Assembly: GCA_029241965.1 (NCBI GenBank)
Contig: JAPWVK010000159.1
Coordinates: 1 to 34,086 of the forward strand
Source of the DNA: Candidatus Methanophagales archaeon
GTDB taxonomy: Archaea; Halobacteriota; Syntropharchaeia; Alkanophagales; Methanospirareceae
Direction: 5' to 3'
Length of the DNA stretch: 34,086 bases
Shown in pieces: positions 10,848 through 19,760 of the stretch. The position numbers and the translations under genes are program-made. The notes below the pieces were generated by a model that was not told where the DNA came from, ran no database searches, and saw nothing but the letters and a program-made list of their open reading frames with translations. The stretch's first letter is position 1; every line of letters begins with the position of its first letter.

Positions 10848-11325
10848 AGCAAAATCAACAAATCAAATCCCCAAAAAACAAAAAAATGAAAAATGGACAG
10901 AAATTTGAAATTTCAATCAAATTGATTTCAAAAATCTGTCCTCTTTTTTTTATCAAAATTTTATGGTATTCTAAATGCTATTATGGCAGAAATTAGCGTT
11001 AGTAATTGACCTTTGTATAATATAGAAGCATTTTTCTGAAAAGGTTAAAGACCACCGAAAGCAATCACCAGAACCATAGAAAAAAACCAGGTAAGGACTG
11101 CTGTCGGTATAATAGCATTGATAATAGTGATAACAGCAATTGCCCTTCTTGCCACCAATTCCAGTGATAATTCCCGTAAAATCCCTGCAAAATTCACCAA
11201 AACGGTCAGTCCATATCAAGTCACACAAAACCCAGACGGATCAGTAACTTTGACAGCAGACGCAAAAGAAAAAACATTTACTCCTTCTCAGCGCTCTCGG
11301 TGATCTAAGCGGTAAACAAATAGGA

Positions 11326-12240
11326 TTATAACATGCCATTCAACCTTTGTATCTCTTCGCATATCCTCAGATTGTTCAGCGCCTGCACAGGTGTAATCGG
11401 GAAAACCTTGCCTTTCTGCACACACGCAATAAACGTCTTCAATTCCTCCTTTAACGGCTCTACCTTATTAACCAGCACCTTCTCTATGATATTCTCCTGT
11501 GTATACCGCTCTGCTTCTATATCATATCGCTCTGGCTTTCTATACACGTAAATCTCCTGGTTCATAAAATCACCCTCAATGGTGAACTCCTCTTCCTCTA
11601 TATAAACCGCCCTGATCTTCTTTGACGCCTTTCTACTTGCGGACAACGCCACAACAGAAGAGCCAAATTTTAGTATTACTTTGCTCAGGTCTTCATTGCC
11701 CGCGCTGTATAGTTCATAAGCGCCGCTAAACAAGACGTTGAATACAATGTCTATGTCGTGAATCATCAAATCTTCGACGACCGTGCTGTCCGTAATCCGT
11801 GCAGATGCCGGATTGTGCCTTCGTATCGCAACATAAAGCGGGTTCTTTACTATCTTCGCTATTTCACCTACTATTGGATTAAACCGCTCGATGTGCCCAA
11901 CGCCGACAATTACCGCCTTAGCTTCTATTAAATTCAGTAATTCCTCGCCCTCTTTTGTGGTTGATGTGATTGGCTTCTCTATAATGCAATGAACGCCGTT
12001 TTCAACGGCAGTCTTAGCAATATCAAGATGATATTTCGTCGGAGCACAAATGCTAACTACATCTACACGCTCCAGAAGCTCTTCCATAGAATCAGAGACG
12101 ATAGCACCATACTCCTTCACACTTTTTACATTCACCTTATCAACATCAAATGCGTAAACCTCGTCAACATCCTTGAGTTCTGAATAGATTCTCACATGGT
12201 TCTTCCCCATTGTTCCCGTGCCTATAACACCCGCTTTCAT
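11326..12240 (-). CDS. Gfo/Idh/MocA-family NAD(P)-dependent oxidoreductase (sugar dehydrogenase-like)
   Basis: 304 aa. N-terminal Rossmann motif MKAGVIGTGTMGKNH, the EKP motif (CIIEKPIT), and a GHIERFNP segment typical of the family. Confidence 0.85.
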   Translation of the reverse strand: MKAGVIGTGTMGKNHVRIYSELKDVDEVYAFDVDKVNVKSVKEYGAIVSDSMEELLERVDVVSICAPTKYHLDIAKTAVENGVHCIIEKPITSTTKEGEELLNLIEAKAVIVGVGHIERFNPIVGEIAKIVKNPLYVAIRRHNPASARITDSTVVEDLMIHDIDIVFNVLFSGAYELYSAGNEDLSKVILKFGSSVVALSASRKASKKIRAVYIEEEEFTIEGDFMNQEIYVYRKPERYDIEAERYTQENIIEKVLVNKVEPLKEELKTFIACVQKGKVFPITPVQALNNLRICEEIQRLNGML

Positions 12241-12309
12241 TTTTACTGCCTCAAAAGGAATAAAGTTTTTGAGTACATATTAAATTAACCGTGTTTGTAA
12301 AGTCGGGGT

Positions 12310-12450
12310 AAAAAACCACGAGATTTCACGAGAACCCCACAAGATTTTTGGATTAACCGGGGATGAAAGAGCCATTAAAGTACTTAAGCCGGAACCATTT
12401 TATCGTTTTTCTTGTGTGAATCTGCGTAATCTTGTGGTTAACTAAACAAA
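12310..12450 (+). repeat. MITE-like intergenic repeat, copy R2
   Basis: AAAAACCACGAGATTTCACGAGAACCCCACAAGAT ... CTTGTGTGAATCTGCGTAATCTTGTGGTTAACTAAACAA. Same termini as R1. Confidence 0.65.
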
Positions 12451-12490
12451 TGCAATTAAACCACTCCACAAACCTACACAAAAAGTTGCC

Positions 12491-13903
12491 TTAAAGTATC
12501 GCTGTTTTCATCAGTCCCCGTATATACAACCGAGCCCATGAGTATGCTACTGTCACACCAATAATGTTTGCTACAACCAGGCCCCACCAGATGCCCACTA
12601 AGCCCAATCCAAGGTTGAACGCGAATACGGCTGCAAATAACGGAGTTAGAATGACTGTTCGTAAAACGGTGACAAGCAGTGCGGGAATCGCTCTGCCCGT
12701 TCCTTGAAAGACAGAAGAAGAGAGCATACCAAATGATATTGCAGGGTAGAATAGAGCGATTATCCGGAGAAAAATTGTCAAATCCGATGTTATATGTGCT
12801 GCACCCTCTGCTTGTGTAAATACCGCGGCGATCTGCGGTGCGAAAATGAAGGTTGCCGCTGCTATCGCTATCTCTATCATGATACCAATCTTTATTGCAT
12901 AGAGGTGCGCGATACTTATTTTCAAAAAGGCGCGTGCGCCAAAAGCAGCTCCGGTTACCGTAACAACGGCAGTAGCGATACCCATTGACGGCAGGACCGC
13001 TATACTTGCTACCCGCCAGCCGGTAGAATAGATTGCCACTCCATCGGTGCCGCCCACCATTACTATTAGGACGTTCAGGATAAGCATAGTGAACGACATA
13101 GAGAGCTGCATCACTGCAGATGGCAGACCAACTCTAAAAATATCCTTAACAATGCTTTTATCGTATTTGAAGTCGCGGAATGTGAATAATACATAGGTGT
13201 CCTTTTTGAATAGGAACCAGTTTAACATGATGATGGATGTAACGCCCAGCGATATGAGTGTAGCCCAGGCTGCACCGGCAATACCCAAACCAAGCGTGTA
13301 GATAAAAATAGGGTCTAATACGATATTCAGACCGGCACCCAATGCCATTGCATACATGGCTCGTTTGGCGTCGCCTTCACCCCGCAGTATTGCATTCGCT
13401 ACGCTAGTGAAAAATATGAAAATACTGCCGGCAAAGATAACCCTACCGTAGGCTACTGCCATAGCTAAGGTTCCACCCGCACCTATCAGAGCGAATATCT
13501 CCGCTGCAAAGGCGAAAAGCGGTATGGTGAAAGCAACTGCGACTATCACCGTTATAATGAGTGTATGAACTGCTACGTTATCTGCACCTACCTTATCCCG
13601 CGCACCGATCCTACGGGATATAGCCGACCCTGCTCCTACGCCCAATCCGTTGGACAGAGCCATAGCCATAAAGAAAAATGGGAAGACGAAACCAATGGCA
13701 GCGAGTGCGTCTGCACCGAGACCCGACACCCAAACGGCATCAACAAGATTATAGATGGTCTGCATGGACATAGCCGCAATCATAGGCAATGCAAGTTTGA
13801 TAATGCCTTTTTTCGGGTCGCCAAGTAAAGTCTCTACGCCTTTCGTTCTCTTGTTCTGTGATGACTCCGCAGAAATGTCTTTTCCTGATAATTTAGTATT
13901 CAT
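12491..13903 (-). CDS. MATE-family multidrug/toxin efflux transporter
   Basis: 470 aa with about 12 TM helices. The N-terminal signature LALPMIAAMSMQTIYNLVDAVWVSGLG and the internal duplication are typical of MATE (NorM/DinF-like) proteins. Confidence 0.88.
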   Translation of the reverse strand: MNTKLSGKDISAESSQNKRTKGVETLLGDPKKGIIKLALPMIAAMSMQTIYNLVDAVWVSGLGADALAAIGFVFPFFFMAMALSNGLGVGAGSAISRRIGARDKVGADNVAVHTLIITVIVAVAFTIPLFAFAAEIFALIGAGGTLAMAVAYGRVIFAGSIFIFFTSVANAILRGEGDAKRAMYAMALGAGLNIVLDPIFIYTLGLGIAGAAWATLISLGVTSIIMLNWFLFKKDTYVLFTFRDFKYDKSIVKDIFRVGLPSAVMQLSMSFTMLILNVLIVMVGGTDGVAIYSTGWRVASIAVLPSMGIATAVVTVTGAAFGARAFLKISIAHLYAIKIGIMIEIAIAAATFIFAPQIAAVFTQAEGAAHITSDLTIFLRIIALFYPAISFGMLSSSVFQGTGRAIPALLVTVLRTVILTPLFAAVFAFNLGLGLVGIWWGLVVANIIGVTVAYSWARLYIRGLMKTAIL

Positions 13904-13970
13904 GTGCAGCCTCTGTATTTAATTAATACACAAGCCCTGTTTAAGCACCACAAAAAAAATCAAGTCGTAA

Positions 13971-14125
13971 TTGTTTGACTAACCACAGATTACACAGATT
14001 TCCACGAGAAAATATAACGCTGTAAGGTATAAGATGCAAATCTAACCGATATCCTGCGTCCCGTACAATCTTCTTGTGCTAATCTCGTGGAATCTCGTGG
14101 TTTTAAAAATTCGCTATACAAATAC
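13971..14125 (-). repeat. MITE-like intergenic repeat, copy R3 (inverted orientation)
   Basis: The reverse complement reads GTATTTGTATAGCGAATTTTTAAAACCACGAGATTCCACGAGATTAGCACAAGAA ... TTCTCGTGGAAATCTGTGTAATCTGTGGTTAGTCAAACA, collinear with R1. Confidence 0.65.
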
Positions 14126-14176
14126 GTTTTTCTTTTAGCACATGTTTTCTTTTTTCTAAAAAGAAAAAGTGTTGTG
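14126..14176 (+). promoter_or_regulatory. AT-rich palindromic module (copy 2), pointing into group II intron B
   Basis: TTTTTCTTTTAGCACATGTTTTCTTTTTTCTAAAAAGAAAAAGTGTTGTG is a near-copy of 7641-7685 and of the reverse complement of 33880-33932. Confidence 0.3.
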
Positions 14177-14211
14177 TTAAGTATTGTGTAATATCGTGGT
14201 CTGTCGACATG

Positions 14212-14530
14212 GAAGCTGCATCGCAGATTGCCCGTGCGGCTACCCCCGCCATTCGGGGTAATCCTACTGCGGAACACGTCGGGGGTAACGCTTGCGTGGT
14301 AAGCTCGCAGGACAACGTGGAAAATCAGAAAGTCCGATTTGGATCAACTGCCAGGATAAGAACGCTATTTGTTGACAAGAAGTTGCATCACCGATTGCCT
14401 AACCGGGTACCCCCGCCATTCGGGGTAATCCTACCGCGGAATGCGCGGATGGGAACGTCCACGTAGTAAGCCCGCGGAACAACGTGTAAAATCTGAAAGT
14501 CCGGTTTAGATCAACTGCAAGGATAAAAAC
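14212..14530 (+). repeat. tandem duplication (2 x ~167 nt) covering the 5' exon-intron junction and 5' part of group II intron B
   Basis: Unit 1 (14212-14378) is GAAGCTGCATCGCAGATTGCCCGTGCGGCTACCCCCGCCATTCGGGGTAATCCTAC.... Unit 2 (14379-14530) is GAAGTTGCATCACCGATTGCCTAACCGGGTACCCCCGCCATTCGGGGTAATCCTAC.... The GTGCG 5' splice motif is present only in unit 1. Confidence 0.75.
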
Positions 14531-15155
14531 ACCATGAAGAGCGTAAAGCGAACCATTGTAAGAGTCGTCACGTATAATAAGCGAAAACGGACTGTTACGC
14601 TTGGACCAAAAGGTACGGAATTTGGCCATAATGGCTACCATAACGTTATGGTGGGTGGACATACGATTCCCGGCTTACAGGCGGCTTCTAAGGTGTTCAT
14701 AAATATCTGTGATGTAGAACGTGGTAAGCCCTATATGCTCCCGGAATCACAGGGTAGGGACCTCGTAAGGGTAAACGATGGCTTAGAGGGTAGAGGATTT
14801 GGTAAAAAGCGAATGGCATCTTGTAATGAAAGGTATAGGGGTTCGAAATTTGCCCTAACCCGAAAGGGTGCTGACTTACCAAATTGGTGTTCCATTGTAT
14901 GCTTGGAGGCAGAATGTAAGTAGTTCAATTACGCCTGTAATAGGCGAGCGACTTACAGACATTCAACCAAAACGCCGATATCATATGGAAAGAGGTTGAA
15001 GAACTTGTTAACAGGTTGCAAACCTGAATTACAAAAGCAGTTAACTGCTGCCCGATACAGAAAGGGTTATGAAATGCTTGAGCGGTATGAAGGGAAACTT
15101 TCACGTACCGTTCTGAGACGAGGAGGGGCGAGCAATCGCCCCATCCTTAGTCTGC
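14234..15155 (+). mobile_element. ORF-less group II intron, copy B (~0.9 kb including the internal duplication)
   Basis: The 5' end is GTGCG at 14234. Domain V is a canonical 34 nt at 15080-15113 (GAGCGGTATGAAGGGAAACTTTCACGTACCGTTC), with the AGC triad, a GAAA loop and a 2-nt CG bulge. Domain VI has a GCAA tetraloop (GGGGCGA-GCAA-TCGCCCC) and a bulged A at 15149. The 3' boundary is only approximate (+/-10 nt). There is no RT/maturase ORF. Confidence 0.8.
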
Positions 15156-15171
15156 TAGCTAAACAAATAAT

Positions 15172-16419
15172 TCAAAATGACTTCGTCAATTCCTCTACTA
15201 TCGCGTTGGCTATCAACTTCTTCGCGCCTTTCACATGCTTTATATCCACCGCACCTGCGCTTAAAATGAACACATCGTTATCTTCGGTTCCTATTCCACC
15301 CTTGCCAACGTCATTTGCAACTACCATCGCAAGGTTGTAGCTCTCCATCTTTTCCCGCGCTCTTTCTATCAGTTCATCATCAGAAACGTGCGTCTCCGCT
15401 TTGAATCCCACGATAACGAGTTTCGGGAATTCTTTACGTACTTCTTCTATCAGTTTCGGAGTGGGGACAAGAGTCAGATGGAGCTCGCCTCCTGATGGGA
15501 TTTTCGTATCTACCGAATTACCGGTAAAATCGGCGATCGCCGCTGAGGATATAAGCGCATCGTATTCTTTACCGTTCTTTTTACCCTCACGTAGTTCATT
15601 AACGCAAGCATCAATCATTTCTTGCGCTGTTTCCACCCGGATTTCTTTTATCCCTGTTAAATCCAGTGCTCTGCTGTGTACGAGTGTGACTTCGGCTCCC
15701 TGCGTGTATGCCGCCCTTGCGAGTTCTACACCTGTTCGTCCAGAGCTTCGGTTTGTTAAAATCCTTATCGGATCTATCGGCTCAATGGTCGCACCTCCTG
15801 TAATGATGATGCGTCTTCCCAGAAGATTCTTTGGCGAGAGTACACGCTCAATGGTAAGAACCATATTCTCGATTGATACGATCTTAGCAAGCCCTTCCTC
15901 TATTTTCGGCCCTATGACGGTTACACCGAGCCTTTTCAGCTTATTGAGGTTCTCTATCAGAACAGGACTCTTATATATAGTCTCGTGCATCGCCGGCACC
16001 ACAATAATTGGTATTTCAGAGCCGAAGGCAGTGGTTGCAAATGCAGTCACCGTGGTGTCCGACACGCCCGTAGCGATTTTATTTAACGTGTTTGCAGTGC
16101 ATGGTGCGACGATAAACAGGTCTGCGAAACCTTCCATACCCAAGAACTCTACATGCTCTATATTACCCATTAGTTTCGTTATCACTTCGTGACCCGTGGC
16201 GTAATGAAGCGTATAAGGGTGAATTATTTCGGTTGCCGCTTCACTCATCACGCCGTACACATCTGCACCATGCCGTACTAGTTCGCGTGCGAGTTCAACA
16301 GTTCTTACTGCTGCGATAGAGCCCGTAACACCCAGAACTATCTTCTTATCTAACAGAGACTGGCTTTTTGTTCCTTTGATGCGCAGGGTCGGATGCGGCC
16401 CCCTATCTCTTTTTGTCAT
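15172..16419 (-). CDS. coaBC: bifunctional phosphopantothenoylcysteine decarboxylase / phosphopantothenate-cysteine ligase (CoaBC, Dfp)
   Basis: The N-terminal flavoprotein half has KKIVLGVTGSIAAVRTVELARELVRHGADV and a PCTANTLNKIA-type motif (APCTANTLNKIATG). The C-terminal ligase half has ITGGATIEPIDPIRILTNRSSGRTG and AAIADF. The start is placed at the Met at 16419 because the longer ORF (to 16479) overlaps tRNA-Ala. Confidence 0.9.
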   Translation of the reverse strand: MTKRDRGPHPTLRIKGTKSQSLLDKKIVLGVTGSIAAVRTVELARELVRHGADVYGVMSEAATEIIHPYTLHYATGHEVITKLMGNIEHVEFLGMEGFADLFIVAPCTANTLNKIATGVSDTTVTAFATTAFGSEIPIIVVPAMHETIYKSPVLIENLNKLKRLGVTVIGPKIEEGLAKIVSIENMVLTIERVLSPKNLLGRRIIITGGATIEPIDPIRILTNRSSGRTGVELARAAYTQGAEVTLVHSRALDLTGIKEIRVETAQEMIDACVNELREGKKNGKEYDALISSAAIADFTGNSVDTKIPSGGELHLTLVPTPKLIEEVRKEFPKLVIVGFKAETHVSDDELIERAREKMESYNLAMVVANDVGKGGIGTEDNDVFILSAGAVDIKHVKGAKKLIANAIVEELTKSF

Positions 16420-16421
16420 AA

Positions 16422-16494
16422 TGGACTGGTCGGGATTTGAACCCGAGGCCTCTCGCACGCCAAGCGAGTGATCTTCCAACTGATCTACCAGCCC
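16422..16494 (-). tRNA. tRNA-Ala (anticodon GGC)
   Basis: The 73-nt cloverleaf was folded by hand. The acceptor GGGCTGG pairs with CCAGTCC and includes the G3:U70 alanine identity pair. The anticodon stem CTCGC/GCGAG carries loop TTGGCGT. The T-arm is TCGGG-TTCAAAT-CCCGA. The discriminator is A and no CCA is encoded. Confidence 0.93.
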
Positions 16495-16979
16495 TTACTA
16501 CTTCTTTCTTAATATACCATAATCTATTAATATAATATATAACACAAAACATTACATTTTTAGATATTCGGCAGATATAACAAGAAAGCATAATATCCAC
16601 CCAAAATTAAATATTGACACCGATTAACGCTGATTTACACAGAAGAAATTAAATCCTTGTGAATCTGCGTAAATAGGTAGAAGTTATACGTTATATATAA
16701 AAATAGAGGTGAAAAAAGCTAATGTCACAAGTAAAATTCTTGAAGAGTTCCAGAAAGTTACTGCTACAGAGCGCTTTGCTATCATTCAGGTTGCTTTACA
16801 TTTGATCCGTGAAGACCGTCAGCAAATATAACAACCACCAAATCGAGAAGAGAGAAAACGGCAAGTTACCGAAGCGGCTGAGGCTTTATTGCAGGATTAC
16901 AAGTCGGGCAGCAGTGAACTGACTATTTTCTCCGTTCTTAACTAAACCTTTATTCCCTTTATCACACCCAGAATCAAGC

Positions 16980-17783
16980 CTATTTCCTCTTTACGTAGTA
17001 ATAAAAACCTACAATGCCAATTATAACCAAAGCGACAATTAGAATGATTAAGAGTTTGTACGTTTGTTTTGGCGACACAGGCGCAGGAGTAATTGTTACC
17101 GTGGGTGCAGGTGTTGCAGTTATTGTTTGTTTAGTCAATGCAGGAGTTACTGCGGGCGCATCAGAACCAGGATAGGAATGTTGGTCATTCGGATCGGTTC
17201 CTACAAACGTCTCATCTATGTCGCGATAACCGTCTCCATCTGCGTCCGTTTCTCCGCCCGCGCCACTCCGATTATATGGTGGTGTGGTAGTCACTACGTA
17301 TAACAGCCCATTTCTTGCGGCTGACGTTCCGAAATTGCCCTCGGGATCCGACAATTCGATATCACTCAGCGTCATATGGCTATAATTTATCGAATCAGAT
17401 GTTCTTTCCACGCTAAAGTTGAGCAAAGCAATTGAACCACTTGACCCATTTGATATGGCATATGCAAAAGGACCAGCGAGTGAAACACGAGTCCCCCCCT
17501 CAAAATCGTTGTTAAACCCTAAAACATTCCATTCCAACGTTAGTTCCCCTCTTAAAACGTTTGTAACGTTTATGACTCGCTTGTCATAAGCTATATTAAA
17601 TACAATAGCTTGAACCGGCCCGTTTTTTACTGTTGTTATATTTACTGGCACGATTACATGTGTTCCCTGCACTCCACTTGCATCTACCAGACCAAAACCA
17701 TCGGCACTTGGCTGTGCAGATACGGGTATCAGTGCTATTACCAAACACATGCCTATTCCATACGCTAACGTTTTAATATTCAT
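16980..17783 (-). CDS. cohesin-domain surface protein with Ca-binding TSP3-like repeat, Thr/Pro linker and C-terminal TM anchor
   Basis: The signal peptide is MNIKTLAYGIGMCLVIALIPVSA; the start is set at 17783 rather than 17822. The cohesin-like domain has GTHVIVPVNITTVKNGPVQAIVFNIAYDKRVINVTNV...GSIALLNFSV...LSDIELSDPEGN. It also has a DADGDGYRDIDETFVGTDPND repeat. The C-terminal anchor is LLIILIVALVIIGIVGFYYYVKRK. Confidence 0.75.
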   Translation of the reverse strand: MNIKTLAYGIGMCLVIALIPVSAQPSADGFGLVDASGVQGTHVIVPVNITTVKNGPVQAIVFNIAYDKRVINVTNVLRGELTLEWNVLGFNNDFEGGTRVSLAGPFAYAISNGSSGSIALLNFSVERTSDSINYSHMTLSDIELSDPEGNFGTSAARNGLLYVVTTTPPYNRSGAGGETDADGDGYRDIDETFVGTDPNDQHSYPGSDAPAVTPALTKQTITATPAPTVTITPAPVSPKQTYKLLIILIVALVIIGIVGFYYYVKRK

Positions 17784-17794
17784 TTCTTTCTCCG

Positions 17795-18661
17795 TTATAC
17801 AACCCTTATTGCAGGAACCCAATCATCGTATATCTCCCCGTTTGCGTCCGTGAATTTGGTGCAGGTAATTTCTCCGCCTGTTACGTTTATTCTATGTTCG
17901 TGTACTATCTGCGGATATGATCCTGTTTTTATTGTATAGTTGTACTTTTTACCTTCTCTTAATTTAAATGTATTCGTGAAATTTATGTTTTGATACTCGT
18001 CATTGTAACCGTTCCATGAGGCACTTTCATTCACGCCATGCCCCTGAATCCAAACGTATTCGGTATGCCCGCCTGTGCCTTCACAGGAATACGTATAGAG
18101 TGTATGCACGGTAATATCAGCATTCGGCGTAATCGTTCCTATGTGTATGCCGGAGATGGAGGGATAGGTGCCTGGGCCCGTATGGAATATTGTTTTTTCG
18201 AGCACATTTACTGAGATCGGAATCCTAAGGCCAGAATATTCATTTCCACCAATATTTGTATCCTGAAATTGAATATACATCCTTCTCTCATCGGAATGCC
18301 CTACTTCGCATGCGCTTCCCGACGTTGCGCCATATAATCCTGGTTCGGCATTCTTTGGTATCTTGATTGTAACAGTAAAAGTTTTTATTTCTCCACTCTT
18401 GATCGTGTACTTCTCTGGTTCGACTCTGATCCATGATGTAATGTTAATCAATTCTTCATCATCTTTCTCTACATGCTCGTAATATACGGACCAATATCCA
18501 GTTCTCTCAGTAGGTATTGTCCCCACTAGTGTGATATTTTGATTTAATGTATCACCCGGACAGCCTTCCCAGTTGCACATAGAGCGGCAATCAACCGATG
18601 TCGCGGATGCCGCCGGAACGCACAACAGTGCAATCAACATTATCAGTATTATTTTCTTCAT
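17795..18661 (-). CDS. secreted surface protein: N-terminal Ig-like domain (paralog of 30464..31722 proteins) fused to a conserved C-terminal beta domain shared with 18800..19729
   Basis: 288 aa with a signal peptide. The N-terminal half aligns with 30464..31066 and 31063..31722 (CxxEGxxGD...TSWIxVxPExYTIKxGE...PGLYGATS...GHSxERRxYI). The C-terminal ~130 aa (YPSISGIHIGTITPNADITVHTLYTYSCEGTGGHTEYVWIQGHG...) is near-identical to the C-terminus of 18800..19729. Confidence 0.75.
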   Translation of the reverse strand: MKKIILIMLIALLCVPAASATSVDCRSMCNWEGCPGDTLNQNITLVGTIPTERTGYWSVYYEHVEKDDEELINITSWIRVEPEKYTIKSGEIKTFTVTIKIPKNAEPGLYGATSGSACEVGHSDERRMYIQFQDTNIGGNEYSGLRIPISVNVLEKTIFHTGPGTYPSISGIHIGTITPNADITVHTLYTYSCEGTGGHTEYVWIQGHGVNESASWNGYNDEYQNINFTNTFKLREGKKYNYTIKTGSYPQIVHEHRINVTGGEITCTKFTDANGEIYDDWVPAIRVV

Positions 18662-18799
18662 AATTACCTGTACTATTTTCGTATTAAAAGTACTTTATTA
18701 ATTTCATGCTCTTTGGTGTTTCCTTTGGCGCTATTACCAAACACAGCGCACTAATGCTTAATCCATACGCTAACGTTTTAATATTCATTTCTTTCTCCG

Positions 18800-19729
18800 T
18801 TATACAAACCTTATTGCAGGAACCCAATCATCGTATATCTCCCCGTTTGCGTCCGTGAATTTGGTGCAGGTGATTTCTCCGCCTGTTACGTTTTTGCTAT
18901 GTTCGTGTACTATCTGCGGATATGATCCTGTTTTTATTGTATAGTTGTACTTTTTACCTTCTACTAATATAAATGTATTCTCGAATTCTATGTTTTGATA
19001 ATCGTCATTGTAACCGTCCCATGAGGCACTTTCATTCACGCCATGCCCCTGAATCCAGACGTATTTGGTATGCCCGCCTGTGCCTTCACAGGAATACGTA
19101 TAGAGTGTATGCACGGTAATATCAGCATTCGGCGTAATCGTTCCAATGTGTATGCCGGAGATAGAGGGATAGGAGCCCTGACCCGTATCGAATAAAGTTC
19201 CGGTAGTATAAAACGTCCCGTTCTTCACTGGTGCTGGTCCTTCGTTACCAGACGGATCCGACAATTGAATATCACTCAGGTTCATGTCAGTTTTATATGG
19301 TGCACCGCCTATGACGCGGAAGTTAAGAAGGACGACAGAACCACTTGAGCCATTCAGTATGGCATGAGCGGATGGTCCTGAGAGTAAAACACGGGTACCC
19401 CATGCAAAGTTGTTGTTAAAGCCTAAATTGCCCCAATTAGACGTTAGAGTACCTCTTGAAACGCCTGTAACGTTTATAACCGTCTTGTCATACGCTATGT
19501 TGAATACAATGCCTAAAATCGGACCGCTGCTTGTATTTGTAATGTTTACCGGCACGGTTACATAAGTCCCTATAAGCCCATTGGCATCGTCAACACCGAA
19601 ATTATCTGCGGTGGGCGCCGCCAGAGCCGTTAACTCAAATATAGCAAATACCGTTAACAACCCGAATATAGCTAAACCCCCTCTCAGTCCTATTAAGCCT
19701 CTTCGTTTCCTCGATGCGGTTTTTTTCAT
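18800..19729 (-). CDS. cohesin-domain surface protein fused to the shared C-terminal beta domain
   Basis: 309 aa. It has a signal/TM segment and a cohesin-like domain (GTYVTVPVNITNTSSGPILGIVFNIAYDKTVINVTGV...GSVVLLNFRV...LSDIQLSDPSGN). The EGTGGHTKYVWIQGHG domain follows. Confidence 0.75.
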   Translation of the reverse strand: MKKTASRKRRGLIGLRGGLAIFGLLTVFAIFELTALAAPTADNFGVDDANGLIGTYVTVPVNITNTSSGPILGIVFNIAYDKTVINVTGVSRGTLTSNWGNLGFNNNFAWGTRVLLSGPSAHAILNGSSGSVVLLNFRVIGGAPYKTDMNLSDIQLSDPSGNEGPAPVKNGTFYTTGTLFDTGQGSYPSISGIHIGTITPNADITVHTLYTYSCEGTGGHTKYVWIQGHGVNESASWDGYNDDYQNIEFENTFILVEGKKYNYTIKTGSYPQIVHEHSKNVTGGEITCTKFTDANGEIYDDWVPAIRFV

Positions 19730-19760
19730 TGTAGTATAATATTTCTTTGGTAAAGCTTTT

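Noticed and set aside
10971-11303. ORFs 10971..11228(-) and 11118..11303(+) in the 10848-11325 intergenic region
   Set aside because: The plus-strand frame has a TM-like start (IIALIIVITAIALLA) but only a TTG start and no upstream signals. The minus ORF is Cys/Tyr-rich and looks spurious. Neither can be supported from the sequence alone.
14209-15340. ORFs 14209..14466, 14399..14662(-), 14534..14923 and 14996..15340
   Set aside because: All lie within group II intron B. The segment MLERYEGKLSRTVLRRGGASNRP is simply the translation of domains V and VI. None has reverse-transcriptase or maturase motifs.
15401-16192. 263-aa plus-strand ORF antisense to coaBC
   Set aside because: It is a Ser/Thr/Ile-rich shadow ORF with no start context or motif. 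The coaBC assignment on the other strand is unambiguous.
16420-16479. N-terminal extension of the coaBC ORF (MEDHSLGVREASGSNPDQSI) and ORF 16403..16600
   Set aside because: Both overlap the hand-folded tRNA-Ala(GGC) at 16422-16494. The residues are a translation of the tRNA antisense/sense sequence.
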